DNA of 64,000 nucleotides, from assembly GCA_963791045.1 (NCBI GenBank), contig CAWBQK010000007.1, positions 1-64,000 on the forward strand. Direction: 5' to 3'. Both the position numbers and the translations under genes were made by a program. The notes under the pieces were generated by a model. It saw only the letters and a list, made by a program, of their open reading frames with translations. It was not told the origin of the DNA and made no database searches. Shown one piece after another: positions 1-8,579 of the stretch. This stretch comes from Candidatus Latescibacterota bacterium (lineage in GTDB: Bacteria; Krumholzibacteriota; Krumholzibacteriia; WVZY01). Each line of letters opens with the position of its first letter. The first letter of the stretch is position 1.

Positions 1-40
1 TGCCTGGGCACCGCAATCTGTGCACACGTAAAGGGCCTTG

Positions 41-121
41 GCGAACTTGCTCACCCGCAATGCGTAGAGCAACGGATTGAAAATCCGTGTGTCGGGGGTT
101 CAATTCCCTCCCTTCGCACCA
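41..121 (+). tRNA. tRNA-Phe(GAA), 5' end degenerate or mis-assembled
   Basis: Anticodon arm ACGGA-TTGAAAA-TCCGT (GAA at 79-81), T arm GGGGG-TTCAATT-CCCTC and 3' CCTTCGC-ACCA are canonical. The 5' acceptor strand reads GCGAACT where GCGAAGG is required, and the D loop is abnormal. Confidence 0.7.
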
Positions 122-248
122 TTTTTTTGTCCCCTTCGGACTCAGAACTCCTGGCGACTCACACCTCATTTCCAGTGAACGTTTTCCTTCCTCGTGTGTT
201 CTTGTATATGACAGGACACATCCACAAGGCCGGGGAGGAGAAACGCCA

Positions 249-1386
249 ATGACACATCCAGCCATCAAAGTCTTACTAGTTTGTTTGTTGCTAATTGCGG
301 CTTTCACTTCAGCCGTGTTGCCGCAGACCGCGCCTCAACCCGTTCCCAGACTCACCGTCCGGCAACTCGACGAGGCGTCGTACGTGGAATTGGCCAAAGA
401 ATGGAAAAAGTACATCGAGACCAATGGCGAGACGGCCGACGCGCTCGTCAACCTCGGCCGGGCATACGACTACAGCAACGAACTCGATGCGGCGGTCGCC
501 GCGGCAAAGCGCGCCGTCGAGGTCGACCCGGATCACCCCGAAGCCCTCGCATTCTACGGGATGCTGACGGCGTCGTACTGTCGTGGATCTGGAGGCGGCG
601 CTCGTGCTTCTCGAGCATTGCAGGGAAGTGGCTCCCGAGTATGGATACGGTTTGACGGGGCTCGCGACGATCTATATGGGAAGGGAGATTTGATCAAAGC
701 GGACGAAGTATTCGAGACGGTGTTCAAGGAGCGGGTGATATCCCGAGCCCCTCCAGGATTATGCGTACAACATGCTGATCGGGCTCCCCGAGGGCGCGAT
801 CCTTTTTACAAACGGTGACAACGACACGTACCCGGCCCTCGCACTCCAGGCGGGGATGGGCTTGAGAAAAGACGTCGCTGTCCTCAACATGAGCCTGCTC
901 AACCTGGAAGACTATGCGAAAGCGCAATTCGAACGTTATCCGGCGATCAAACTGGATGGCAAACTTGAAGCCGACGACGGGAGGTCGCTCCATCAAACCC
1001 TTGTTAAAAGATTCGTCGAAGAGAAAAAAGCGCCGATCTTTTTCGCGCCGTCGGTGAGTTTCAATCACGTTGGATTTGAGCCCGACATTGTTATCGAAGG
1101 TTTCAATCTTCGCGCGGGTAAGAAGGGGCTCTCCGGCGAGGATTCCGCGGATCTTATATTCTCGAAGTATCGGCTGGACTCGGTGACCGACTGGAATTAC
1201 CCCTGGTCGCTCTCGCCCGCCGTGTCTCAAATCATGGCAAACTACGTGACGGCCATGATAAAATTGGCCGACTACGAGGGCGTAACCAAAGAGACCCGGG
1301 CGAAGCTCCTCGAGAAAGCTCTGGAGATCTCGGAGTTCCACAAGTTTGAAAGAACGACGATATACATCAAGCAAAACATGAAATGA
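249..1386 (+). CDS. Exported TPR protein with a C-terminal domain resembling the soluble part of DUF2723/GT117 proteins (split by about 3 indels)
   Basis: GGAGGAG RBS before ATG 249; signal peptide; TPR-like helices (ADALVNLGRAY...AAKRAVEVDPDHPEALAFYG). The frame switches near 580, 678 and 748 into PLQDYAYNMLIGLPEGAILFTNGDNDTYP...RKDVAVLNMSLL. Confidence 0.7.
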
Positions 1387-1973
1387 CGATGACCGAAAAC
1401 CTCCGAAGCCATGATGACGCCGAACTCGTCGCGCTTGCCCAGAAGGGAAGCGCGACGGCGTTCGAGGCGCTCTACGATCGGCACTGCGCCGGGGTTGCAA
1501 GGGCGCTCGCGTCTTTCGCGGGGACCGACCGCGACCTCCTCGACGATCTCACACAGGATGTGTTTCTCAAGGTCGTGAGCAACCTGGCGTCGTATACGCC
1601 GAGTCATCCGTTTCCGCACTGGCTCTTTACCATAGCGCTTAATGTGGGACGCAACCACGCAAGGAGACAATCGAAGGTCGTCCCGGTAAACCCATCCGAT
1701 CTCGAAGGGTTCGCCGCGGAAAACGAGCGTGCCGTTGACGCGACGGATGAGTTGACGGCGGAGACTCTCACCGCGATGGTGGCGAGCCTCCCCGTCCAGA
1801 TGCGCGAGGTCGTCTCGCTTCGCGTGGGCTGTGACATGTCATATGCCGACATCGCGGGAACTCTCGGAATTCCCGAAGGGACCGCCCGGAGCCGGATGCA
1901 CAACGCGATCAAAACCATGAGAGAGAAATCAGGAATCACCCGCGGAGGCAGGAGAACAGAAAATGAAAGATGA
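1383..1973 (+). CDS. ECF (sigma-70 family) RNA polymerase sigma factor
   Basis: Region 2 (DDLTQDVFLKV...WLFTIALN) and region 4 (MSYADIAGTLGIPEGTARSRMHNA); ATGA overlap with the upstream stop. Confidence 0.95.
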   Translation: MTMTENLRSHDDAELVALAQKGSATAFEALYDRHCAGVARALASFAGTDRDLLDDLTQDVFLKVVSNLASYTPSHPFPHWLFTIALNVGRNHARRQSKVVPVNPSDLEGFAAENERAVDATDELTAETLTAMVASLPVQMREVVSLRVGCDMSYADIAGTLGIPEGTARSRMHNAIKTMREKSGITRGGRRTENER

Positions 1974-2292
1974 CCATGATGTCGAAAAAGGTCTGAAGGA
2001 ATTCGAACATCAGCCGGATAAACGGGTGAAGAGAGCGGTTATGTCGGCCTTCGAGCGCGAGTTCGACGGGGGCGGCATTCGACGCGGAAAGGTGAGCATC
2101 TGGAAACGCTCCGTGCCTCTTTACGCGGTTGTTGCTTTTGTCATCGTCATGATGGGATTGTCATATATCGCCGGTAAGCGGTCGCTCAATGCGAACGACG
2201 GACCGTTGGTTCCCAATCAGTTGATTCAGGAAAACAACATGGCGACCGATGAGGAGATAACCTGGACGGTCGCCGAACGGGATCTGCTTTGA
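1963..2292 (+). CDS. Putative single-pass membrane anti-sigma factor
   Basis: Overlaps the ECF sigma stop; short charged N-terminus, one TM helix (VPLYAVVAFVIVMMGLSYIAG), short C-terminal tail. Confidence 0.7.
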   Translation: MKDDHDVEKGLKEFEHQPDKRVKRAVMSAFEREFDGGGIRRGKVSIWKRSVPLYAVVAFVIVMMGLSYIAGKRSLNANDGPLVPNQLIQENNMATDEEITWTVAERDLL

Positions 2293-2331
2293 TATTTTCT
2301 TTTCGGAGTCCTGTCCGCCGCCCGTGTCAGG

Positions 2332-2885
2332 TCAATCCACGAATAGCGACTTGATTTTTCCCCATGTTGAATGCCCGACCGGAATAATGCAATAGCAGCT
2401 CGGGATTGGGTTCACGACCGCCGGCGTGCCGTTTGTTATGACCCACGTGTCATCACACAATTGCACTTCGATCTCACCGGAATCACTCGATGGATCTCCC
2501 AAAACAGGGTAAAAGCAGCAATCCCCGGTCATCCCCTGGCAAAAAATCTGCAGTGTCATGACGTGGATGGGACTTGATAAACACCCTCCATAACCGATCT
2601 GCGTGCCGTTCTCAACGAGCCCGATTTTGATCGGCCACATTGTGATTTCTTCCAGCAGAGTCGCTCCGGTCATGCACGACGGTATCGGCGCGCTGAACCG
2701 CGCTGCCTGAGCGCCAGGTGTATTGGCATGGACAACATAGAAAGAGACAACTGGAAAGGCTCATCGTACAGGTTGCAGTCCGAACCGCCCGGGTTTGAAT
2801 ATATGCCGAGGTGTCCGGGGGACTGGGCGAATGCCGACCCGGCGAAGAACAGTACGCAACACACAATGGTTAGCAAACGATTCAT
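2332..2885 (-). CDS. Cys-rich secreted protein with C-terminal TWGKIKSLF tail (one indel near 2745)
   Basis: Signal peptide MNRLLTIVCCVLFFAGSAFA in ORF 2670..2885 joins ORF 2332..2673, which ends IPVGHSTWGKIKSLFVD. Confidence 0.75.
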
Positions 2886-3041
2886 GGCTGTTCCTCCCTG
2901 TGCTGGTGGCCATGACGTGTAACCTGGTCTGGCTCCAGGACTTACCTAAGGACAATACGCGCCTACATCTCAGCCAGGTTACATTCCAAGTATAGCACCG
3001 TTATGGGGTCCCTGCACGGAAGCGGATTGAGGAAATTCAAG

Positions 3042-3078
3042 AAAAAGCCTCGCGCGATGTTCCACACGCGAGGCTTTT
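3042..3078. terminator. Intrinsic terminator
   Basis: AAAAAGCCTCGCG...CGCGAGGCTTTT hairpin just past the stop of the minus-strand barrel gene. Confidence 0.75.
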
Positions 3079-3132
3079 CCATTAATAGATTGAAGCGCCG
3101 AGCAGGCGTTTCAATTCCGGATCGAACTTTTT

Positions 3133-3924
3133 CTATTGGGACGAAGCGAGTGGGATTCCAACACCCACCATGAATCCAAAAGCGGAGTTTTTGATGTCCA
3201 GATTGTCGGAAGACTTGTCGATTTCCTTGAATCCGTATGTCCATCGCGCTTCACCGAACAGGACCACCGAGTCCAGGTCGAACGACACTCCGGCGCCGAG
3301 GACGCCACCGAAGTCCATTCCTTCAACCTCATCTTTGATATCCTCTGTCTCGGCGTCGGTTTGGGATTCGCCGTCCATGCTGATAGTCATTTCAAATTCG
3401 ACTTCAGCTTTGGTGTTGAACGCAAGCGCTGGACCGGCGAAAAAATCAAATGTCGCGGATTCACTGACGGGGAAAGAGACAACCGCCAGAAGCGGAAACT
3501 CAAAATAATCGAAAGTGAGCGTGTTTTCACCGCTGAATGTGGCGGTGCCCAAGTAAGTGTCTGAGGGGTCATAGACGTCGATGGAACCGGTGTTGTCGCC
3601 CTTTCCACCCTTTTGTGTATACAATCCCTCGAGACGAATTCCAAAACGCTCGTTGACTTGCGCGGTTGCGTAGAGTCCGCCAACAAAACCGGTCTTCGAT
3701 CCGTCGAACGCCTGCGTCATAGATCCCGTACCGTAGAACCCTTCACCGAGATCGAACGTGCCGCTTTCAGTCATTTTTGCATCGTCGCCCGTGACTTTTG
3801 CCAGCCCCAGGCCGGCCTTGACACCCAACTCCCATGTGACCTGAGCGGACACGTTTCCCCAGAGCAGGAACACACAACGCTCCGCGACGGCCACCACTGT
3901 CAGGATACGTAGACTATTCCTCAC
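3133..3924 (-). CDS. Outer-membrane beta-barrel protein (porin/PorT-like, OMP_b-brl_2 type)
   Basis: AGGAG RBS before GTG 3924; signal peptide; ELGVKAGL start, EGLYTQKG and DYFEFPLL strands, terminal FGFMVGVGIPL strand. Confidence 0.85.
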   Translation of the reverse strand: MRNSLRILTVVAVAERCVFLLWGNVSAQVTWELGVKAGLGLAKVTGDDAKMTESGTFDLGEGFYGTGSMTQAFDGSKTGFVGGLYATAQVNERFGIRLEGLYTQKGGKGDNTGSIDVYDPSDTYLGTATFSGENTLTFDYFEFPLLAVVSFPVSESATFDFFAGPALAFNTKAEVEFEMTISMDGESQTDAETEDIKDEVEGMDFGGVLGAGVSFDLDSVVLFGEARWTYGFKEIDKSSDNLDIKNSAFGFMVGVGIPLASSQ

Positions 3925-4209
3925 ACCGTGCTCCTTTCCTTCCAGTCGGGGATGGGCGAGCCTCATAATCTCATTGTATATCGCCATGTTGCTGTTGTTC
4001 TTCGGGTGTGTGGTCAAGCGGCTGAGAGCCCTCCCCGGCACGATTCGAGGCTACGCCCGGATCGCAAAACGTGTCAATAGAGAACATGGAATGGAAACGC
4101 TGGTAAATCCGCGTTGCCGTTGGTAAACTTCTCGAACCCCAGCCCCCGCCCACAAACTTGACCGCGGGGGATATTTGTATCAACCGTATTGAGACGGCAG
4201 GAGGATCCT

Positions 4210-5286
4210 ATGAGGAACATGTCACGCGTTCTGGGTGCCGCGCTGTGTGTCATTTTTGTGATGACGGCGATTCCCGCGGCGGCCGGCGTCGAGTGGTCGC
4301 ATGCAACGTACACAGACGTCATCAACAAGGCGAAGGCGGAGAACAAACACGTCTTCATCGACTTTTATACAACGTGGTGCGGACCGTGCAAGAAGCTCGA
4401 CGAAGTGACATACCAGGACGAAAAGGTCGTCGAGTTTTTGAACGGGATGATTCCCGTTAAGTGGGACGCTGAAAAGGGAGAGGGAGAAACTCTGGCGAAG
4501 CAGTTTAAAATCGGCGCCTACCCCACTCTGATACTTCTTGGCCCGGATGGCAAGGAGATCGACCGTCACCTTGGTTTCCTCGATGCGGAAAAGTTTGTGG
4601 AAGTGATGGACGGTTACAAAAATGGCATCGGCACCGTGGCGTACTACGAGGCGAAAGTAAAAGAAGACCCGAAGGACGCCGAGTCGTGGAAGATCCTCGG
4701 CACCAAATACGCCGATGCATCCCGCGCGAAGGATGCCAAGAAAGCGCTCACGACTTATCTCGACCTCTCACCCGAAGCAAGCGGTGACGACAAGGCGGAG
4801 GTGTTCTACACACTCGCCGACGCCAACTACAAAGCAAAATCATACGAACAGTCCATAAAGATCTACCAGAAAATGACGGTCGAGTTCGCGGGGACGGAAT
4901 GGCACGACCGTGCTCTGGTGATGAGCGCGTACACCTACAACAAGATGGAAGAGCCGGACAAAGCGGCCGATTCGTACATCGAGTACGTCAACCGGCACCC
5001 AGACGATCCGGCGGCAATGAACTCGTTTGCCTGGTTTGCCGCGTCAAAGGGCGTCGCTATGGAGAGGGCCCTCCCGTATGCCGAGAAAGCAGCCAGGCTG
5101 TCGAACGGCGACCCCGGTATCCTCGATACGCTCGCCGAACTCCACTACGCGATGGGAAACTACGACAAGGCGATCGAAGTCGGCCAGGAAGCCCTGGCCA
5201 AAGACCCCGGAGACGACTACTTAACGAAACAGGTCGAGAAGTTCGAAACGGCTAAAAAGGAAGGTAAGGCGCAGGCGATGAAATAG
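4210..5286 (+). CDS. Exported thioredoxin-fold (WCGPC) protein with TPR repeats
   Basis: GGAGGA RBS, signal peptide, IDFYTTWCGPCKKL active site, cis-Pro AYPT, then multiple TPRs (ILDTLAELHYAMGNYDKAIEVGQEALAKDP). Confidence 0.9.
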   Translation: MRNMSRVLGAALCVIFVMTAIPAAAGVEWSHATYTDVINKAKAENKHVFIDFYTTWCGPCKKLDEVTYQDEKVVEFLNGMIPVKWDAEKGEGETLAKQFKIGAYPTLILLGPDGKEIDRHLGFLDAEKFVEVMDGYKNGIGTVAYYEAKVKEDPKDAESWKILGTKYADASRAKDAKKALTTYLDLSPEASGDDKAEVFYTLADANYKAKSYEQSIKIYQKMTVEFAGTEWHDRALVMSAYTYNKMEEPDKAADSYIEYVNRHPDDPAAMNSFAWFAASKGVAMERALPYAEKAARLSNGDPGILDTLAELHYAMGNYDKAIEVGQEALAKDPGDDYLTKQVEKFETAKKEGKAQAMK

Positions 5287-5318
5287 GCCGCGTCGTTCCA
5301 TCCTCCGAGCATGGATAC

Positions 5319-5354
5319 AAAAAGACCCCGGTGTGTTCTCACCGGGGCTTTTTT
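5319..5354. terminator. Bidirectional intrinsic terminator
   Basis: A-run, CCCCGGTG/CACCGGGG stem and T-run between convergent genes. Confidence 0.85.
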
Positions 5355-5377
5355 GTAATCTCTGCCGGGATTCGTGT

Positions 5378-6421
5378 TCAAGCCGCTGGGGTCATCCATC
5401 CGTTGGTCCGCGACATCACTCCCGCCTGATCGACCACAAACGCCTCGGTTGCGGGAAGCGATTCCACAAGCCCAAGGCCCCTCTCCGCGGGAAGGACAAA
5501 GACGGCGGTTGAAAGCGCGTCGGCTTCGGCAACGGACTCGGTGCGAACCGTAACGCTGACGCGGTGCCCCGGAGACAATCCGTTTGACGGGTCGACGATG
5601 TGGTGGAAGAGTCTTTCCTTGTCATAAAATATTTCGTAGCTGCCCGAAGTGGCGACGGCTCCGTCGGTCATCTCGACGATCCCGGGGAAGTTGCCGTTCT
5701 TGCGCGGATCCTCGATCGCGATAGCCCAGGGTTCGCCATCCTGCCTGGCGCCGCGTGTGCGAATGTCTCCGCCGGCGTTTATCAAATGACGGTTGGCGCC
5801 GTTGCGGGCAAGAGTCTCGGACATCCGGTCGACGATAAACCCCTTTGCGATTCCATCGAGGGTAACGCCCATCCCGGCGCGGTCGAAAGCGATCCGATTC
5901 GACGTGACCCGGATGTAGTTCATTCCGACGAGTGCGAGTGATTCGTCAATCTCGCCGCGCGACGGGGCGCCCGTTTTAGCGTGCGATTCGAAGAGGTCGA
6001 CGAGAGGTTTTACAGTGATGTCGAAGGCGCCATCGGTTGACCGGTGCAACTCCGTGGACCGCGTGACAAGCGAGGCGAGTTCAGGCGGCGGGCCATCGAG
6101 GGTTCCCTTATCGTTAAAAACAGAGACAGCCGTTGAGTTGTCATAGCGGTTGAAGATCGCGATCAACCGATCCATCTCCTCGAAGGCACGGCCTATAGAC
6201 TCCTCCGCCCTATCGCGGGAGTCGCCAATGATCGTCGCGGTGACGTAAGTGCCCATGGTCGCACGGGTTTGCTCGATCTTCAAAAGCCGGCCGTCAAGAC
6301 GCACAACCCGGTACGCCGCCTGAAGGGTGCCACCGGCGACCGCGCCGACACCGAAGACGCCGCATGCTTTCAAAAATGTTCTTCGATCGACCCGTGACAA
6401 GAATGCGCGACCACTACCCAT
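5378..6421 (-). CDS. apbE: FAD:protein FMN transferase
   Basis: TMGT, GAFDITV, LDGIAKG, NAGGD, ATSG, HIVDP and ADALSTA motifs; N-terminal twin-arginine signal DRRTFLK. Confidence 0.96.
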   Translation of the reverse strand: MGSGRAFLSRVDRRTFLKACGVFGVGAVAGGTLQAAYRVVRLDGRLLKIEQTRATMGTYVTATIIGDSRDRAEESIGRAFEEMDRLIAIFNRYDNSTAVSVFNDKGTLDGPPPELASLVTRSTELHRSTDGAFDITVKPLVDLFESHAKTGAPSRGEIDESLALVGMNYIRVTSNRIAFDRAGMGVTLDGIAKGFIVDRMSETLARNGANRHLINAGGDIRTRGARQDGEPWAIAIEDPRKNGNFPGIVEMTDGAVATSGSYEIFYDKERLFHHIVDPSNGLSPGHRVSVTVRTESVAEADALSTAVFVLPAERGLGLVESLPATEAFVVDQAGVMSRTNGWMTPAA

Positions 6422-6439
6422 GCAACATCCTCCGTGTAA

Positions 6440-6634
6440 TTAGCGATACTCCTGGTTATCCTTGTGCTGGGCGCATCCGTGACATCCGTCGTGGGTCCCG
6501 CAGGACCGGCATGCGAGCACATCCGTGTCGTGTCCCATTTCAGGCGATCCGCGGCGGACGAGCGTCTGCACGCCGACCCATATACCGATCAGTCCTACAA
6601 CGCCGATAACGGCTATCAAAAGATGATAAAACAT
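6440..6634 (-). CDS. Small membrane protein with a 4-Cys tail (NqrM-like candidate)
   Basis: ATG directly after the rnfA stop; N-terminal TM helix then CRSCGTHDGCHGC; lies between rnfA and apbE. Confidence 0.7.
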   Translation of the reverse strand: MFYHLLIAVIGVVGLIGIWVGVQTLVRRGSPEMGHDTDVLACRSCGTHDGCHGCAQHKDNQEYR

Positions 6635-6635
6635 G

Positions 6636-7217
6636 CTAGCGACCCATCCCCGCAAAACCCATAAACGCCATCGAGAGAACTCCCGCGATCATTAACGTAA
6701 GTGCCGCGCCTTTTACAACCGATGACACGTCGGCAAGCTCGAGCCGTTCGCGAAGTCCCGACATCAGAAGGAGCGCGATGGTGAAACCGACACCGGCGCC
6801 TAGCGCAAACGCGAGTGACTGAAGAAAATTGTACTCCCGGTTGGTCTGGAAAAGCGCGACCCCGAGGATTGCGCAGTTTGTCGTAATGAGCGGGAGAAAA
6901 ATGCCGAGCGCCCGAAAAAGCGCCGGGCTGAATTTCTTGATGAACATTTCGACGAGCTGAACCGAAGAGGCGATCACCACGATATAAGAAATCAGGTGAA
7001 GATAGGGCGCGTTGATTGCGACGAGAACCTTGTGGATGCCAAACGCGCAGATCGAACTTACCAGCATGACAAAGGTGACCGCAGCGCCCATTCGCGCCGC
7101 CTTGTCGATTTTGTCGGACACGCCGAGGAACGGGCAGATCCCGAGAAACATCGCGAGAACGAAGTTGTTGATTAGACACGCCTCGATAAAAATCTGGAGT
7201 GGCGATCCGGTGTTCAT
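6636..7217 (-). CDS. rnfA: Rnf electron transport complex subunit A
   Basis: NNFVLAMFLGICPFLGVS and LGIFLPLITTNCAILG motifs. Confidence 0.96.
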   Translation of the reverse strand: MNTGSPLQIFIEACLINNFVLAMFLGICPFLGVSDKIDKAARMGAAVTFVMLVSSICAFGIHKVLVAINAPYLHLISYIVVIASSVQLVEMFIKKFSPALFRALGIFLPLITTNCAILGVALFQTNREYNFLQSLAFALGAGVGFTIALLLMSGLRERLELADVSSVVKGAALTLMIAGVLSMAFMGFAGMGR

Positions 7218-7849
7218 GCTTGTTGCGCCTTTCTTCGTTCGCGAAACCAATTGAAGAGAAGCAGCCACCCGCCGAGGACAAAAAACGCCCCGCCGGGGAG
7301 AATCATTATCGACCATGGTTCAAAGCTCGAACCAAATATTGGTATTCCGGCGATCGAACCGCTTCCAAATATCTCGCGGACGAAACCAAGCGAAAAACAA
7401 GCGATGGTGAATCCAATCCCCATTCCGAGAGCGTCGAGGATTGATTTGCCGACGCTGTTCTTTGACGCGAAAGCCTCGGATCGTCCTAGAATTATACAGT
7501 TCACCACGATAAGCGAGATAAACGCGCCGAGCGCTTTGTGAATATCGAGCGAGATCGCCTGGAGCAAGTAGTCGACGACGGTGACAAACGTGGCGATAAT
7601 GAGAATAAAAGAGGCGATGCGGACCTGTTTTGGGATAAATTTTCGGACAAGCGATACCATGGTGCTCGACATCACCAGAACAAATGTCGTGGCCGCGCCC
7701 ATCGCGAGGGCGTTGACCACCGAGTTGGTGACGGCGAGGACGGGGCACATCCCGAGGAGCATCACAAAGACGGGGTTCTCCTTCCACAGCCCCTTGAGGA
7801 ATACATCCATGGTCTGTGGCCCTTTTGGCGTTGTTTTGGGCTCCGTCAT
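7214..7849 (-). CDS. rnfE: Rnf electron transport complex subunit E
   Basis: GLWKENPVFVMLLGMCPVLAVT, LIVVNCIILGR and LPGGAF motifs. Confidence 0.96.
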   Translation of the reverse strand: MTEPKTTPKGPQTMDVFLKGLWKENPVFVMLLGMCPVLAVTNSVVNALAMGAATTFVLVMSSTMVSLVRKFIPKQVRIASFILIIATFVTVVDYLLQAISLDIHKALGAFISLIVVNCIILGRSEAFASKNSVGKSILDALGMGIGFTIACFSLGFVREIFGSGSIAGIPIFGSSFEPWSIMILPGGAFFVLGGWLLLFNWFRERRKAQQA

Positions 7850-8559
7850 CTGTCGGCTCCATTTTTGAGCGTGTCGAGGTTCTTGAAGATTACCGGGATA
7901 TTGGCCGCGGTGCTCTTTTCGAGTATCGTGGTGACGGCACGCGACGAAATCGTTGCGCCGGTAATCGATTGAATCTGCCACGGGTCGGTTTTCTCGCCGG
8001 GCTTGACCAGAACGATCGGGTTGATGATGCCGGCGCCGGCGTCATCGAATTGCACTTCGAGAGCTTCGAAGTTGGCGCGGAACTCTGGGTCCTTTTCTAT
8101 CTTGTCGCCGAGCCCCGGGGTTTCTTTGCTTTCGAGCACCTTCATCCCGACTATCGCTTTTTTGGCGGGGGAGTAACCGTAAATCAGCTTCAGCACATCC
8201 TGGAAACCCGATCCCGACGCTTCCATGGCGACACCGACGAGATTCTTGTCGTCGTCGTAACAGGCGTAGAATTTCATTGCCGAAGTTTGATCACCTTCGA
8301 ACGGCTTGAGTGCGCCGTCGACGAGGGTAAAGGTGGACTTTCCCGTCGCACCCGGGACCACTTCGAAGATCGCCCGCTCGAGCGCTTCCGCCTTGTTCTT
8401 CGTGATCACGGGAAGCGTGAGTTGGAAAGTCAAAACGATCAGAATCCCGCACACCAGGCCGATCCCGCCCATGGTCGTTACCATGCGAAAGCTGTTTGCC
8501 GACTGCGACGCCCGTGGCGGTGGCGCTGTGACTGGTTTATTTTTCTCGTCTGTTGTCAT
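7846..8559 (-). CDS. rnfG: Rnf electron transport complex subunit G
   Basis: N-terminal TM helix, ETPGLG, flavinylation motif ITGATISS. Confidence 0.94.
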   Translation of the reverse strand: MTTDEKNKPVTAPPPRASQSANSFRMVTTMGGIGLVCGILIVLTFQLTLPVITKNKAEALERAIFEVVPGATGKSTFTLVDGALKPFEGDQTSAMKFYACYDDDKNLVGVAMEASGSGFQDVLKLIYGYSPAKKAIVGMKVLESKETPGLGDKIEKDPEFRANFEALEVQFDDAGAGIINPIVLVKPGEKTDPWQIQSITGATISSRAVTTILEKSTAANIPVIFKNLDTLKNGADR

Positions 8560-8579
8560 CTCAGAATTCCGGCCCTGGG

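Noticed and set aside
2956-2983. ECF promoter TGTAAC...CGTA on the minus strand
   Set aside because: The 18-nt spacer is longer than usual and there is no second copy to support it.
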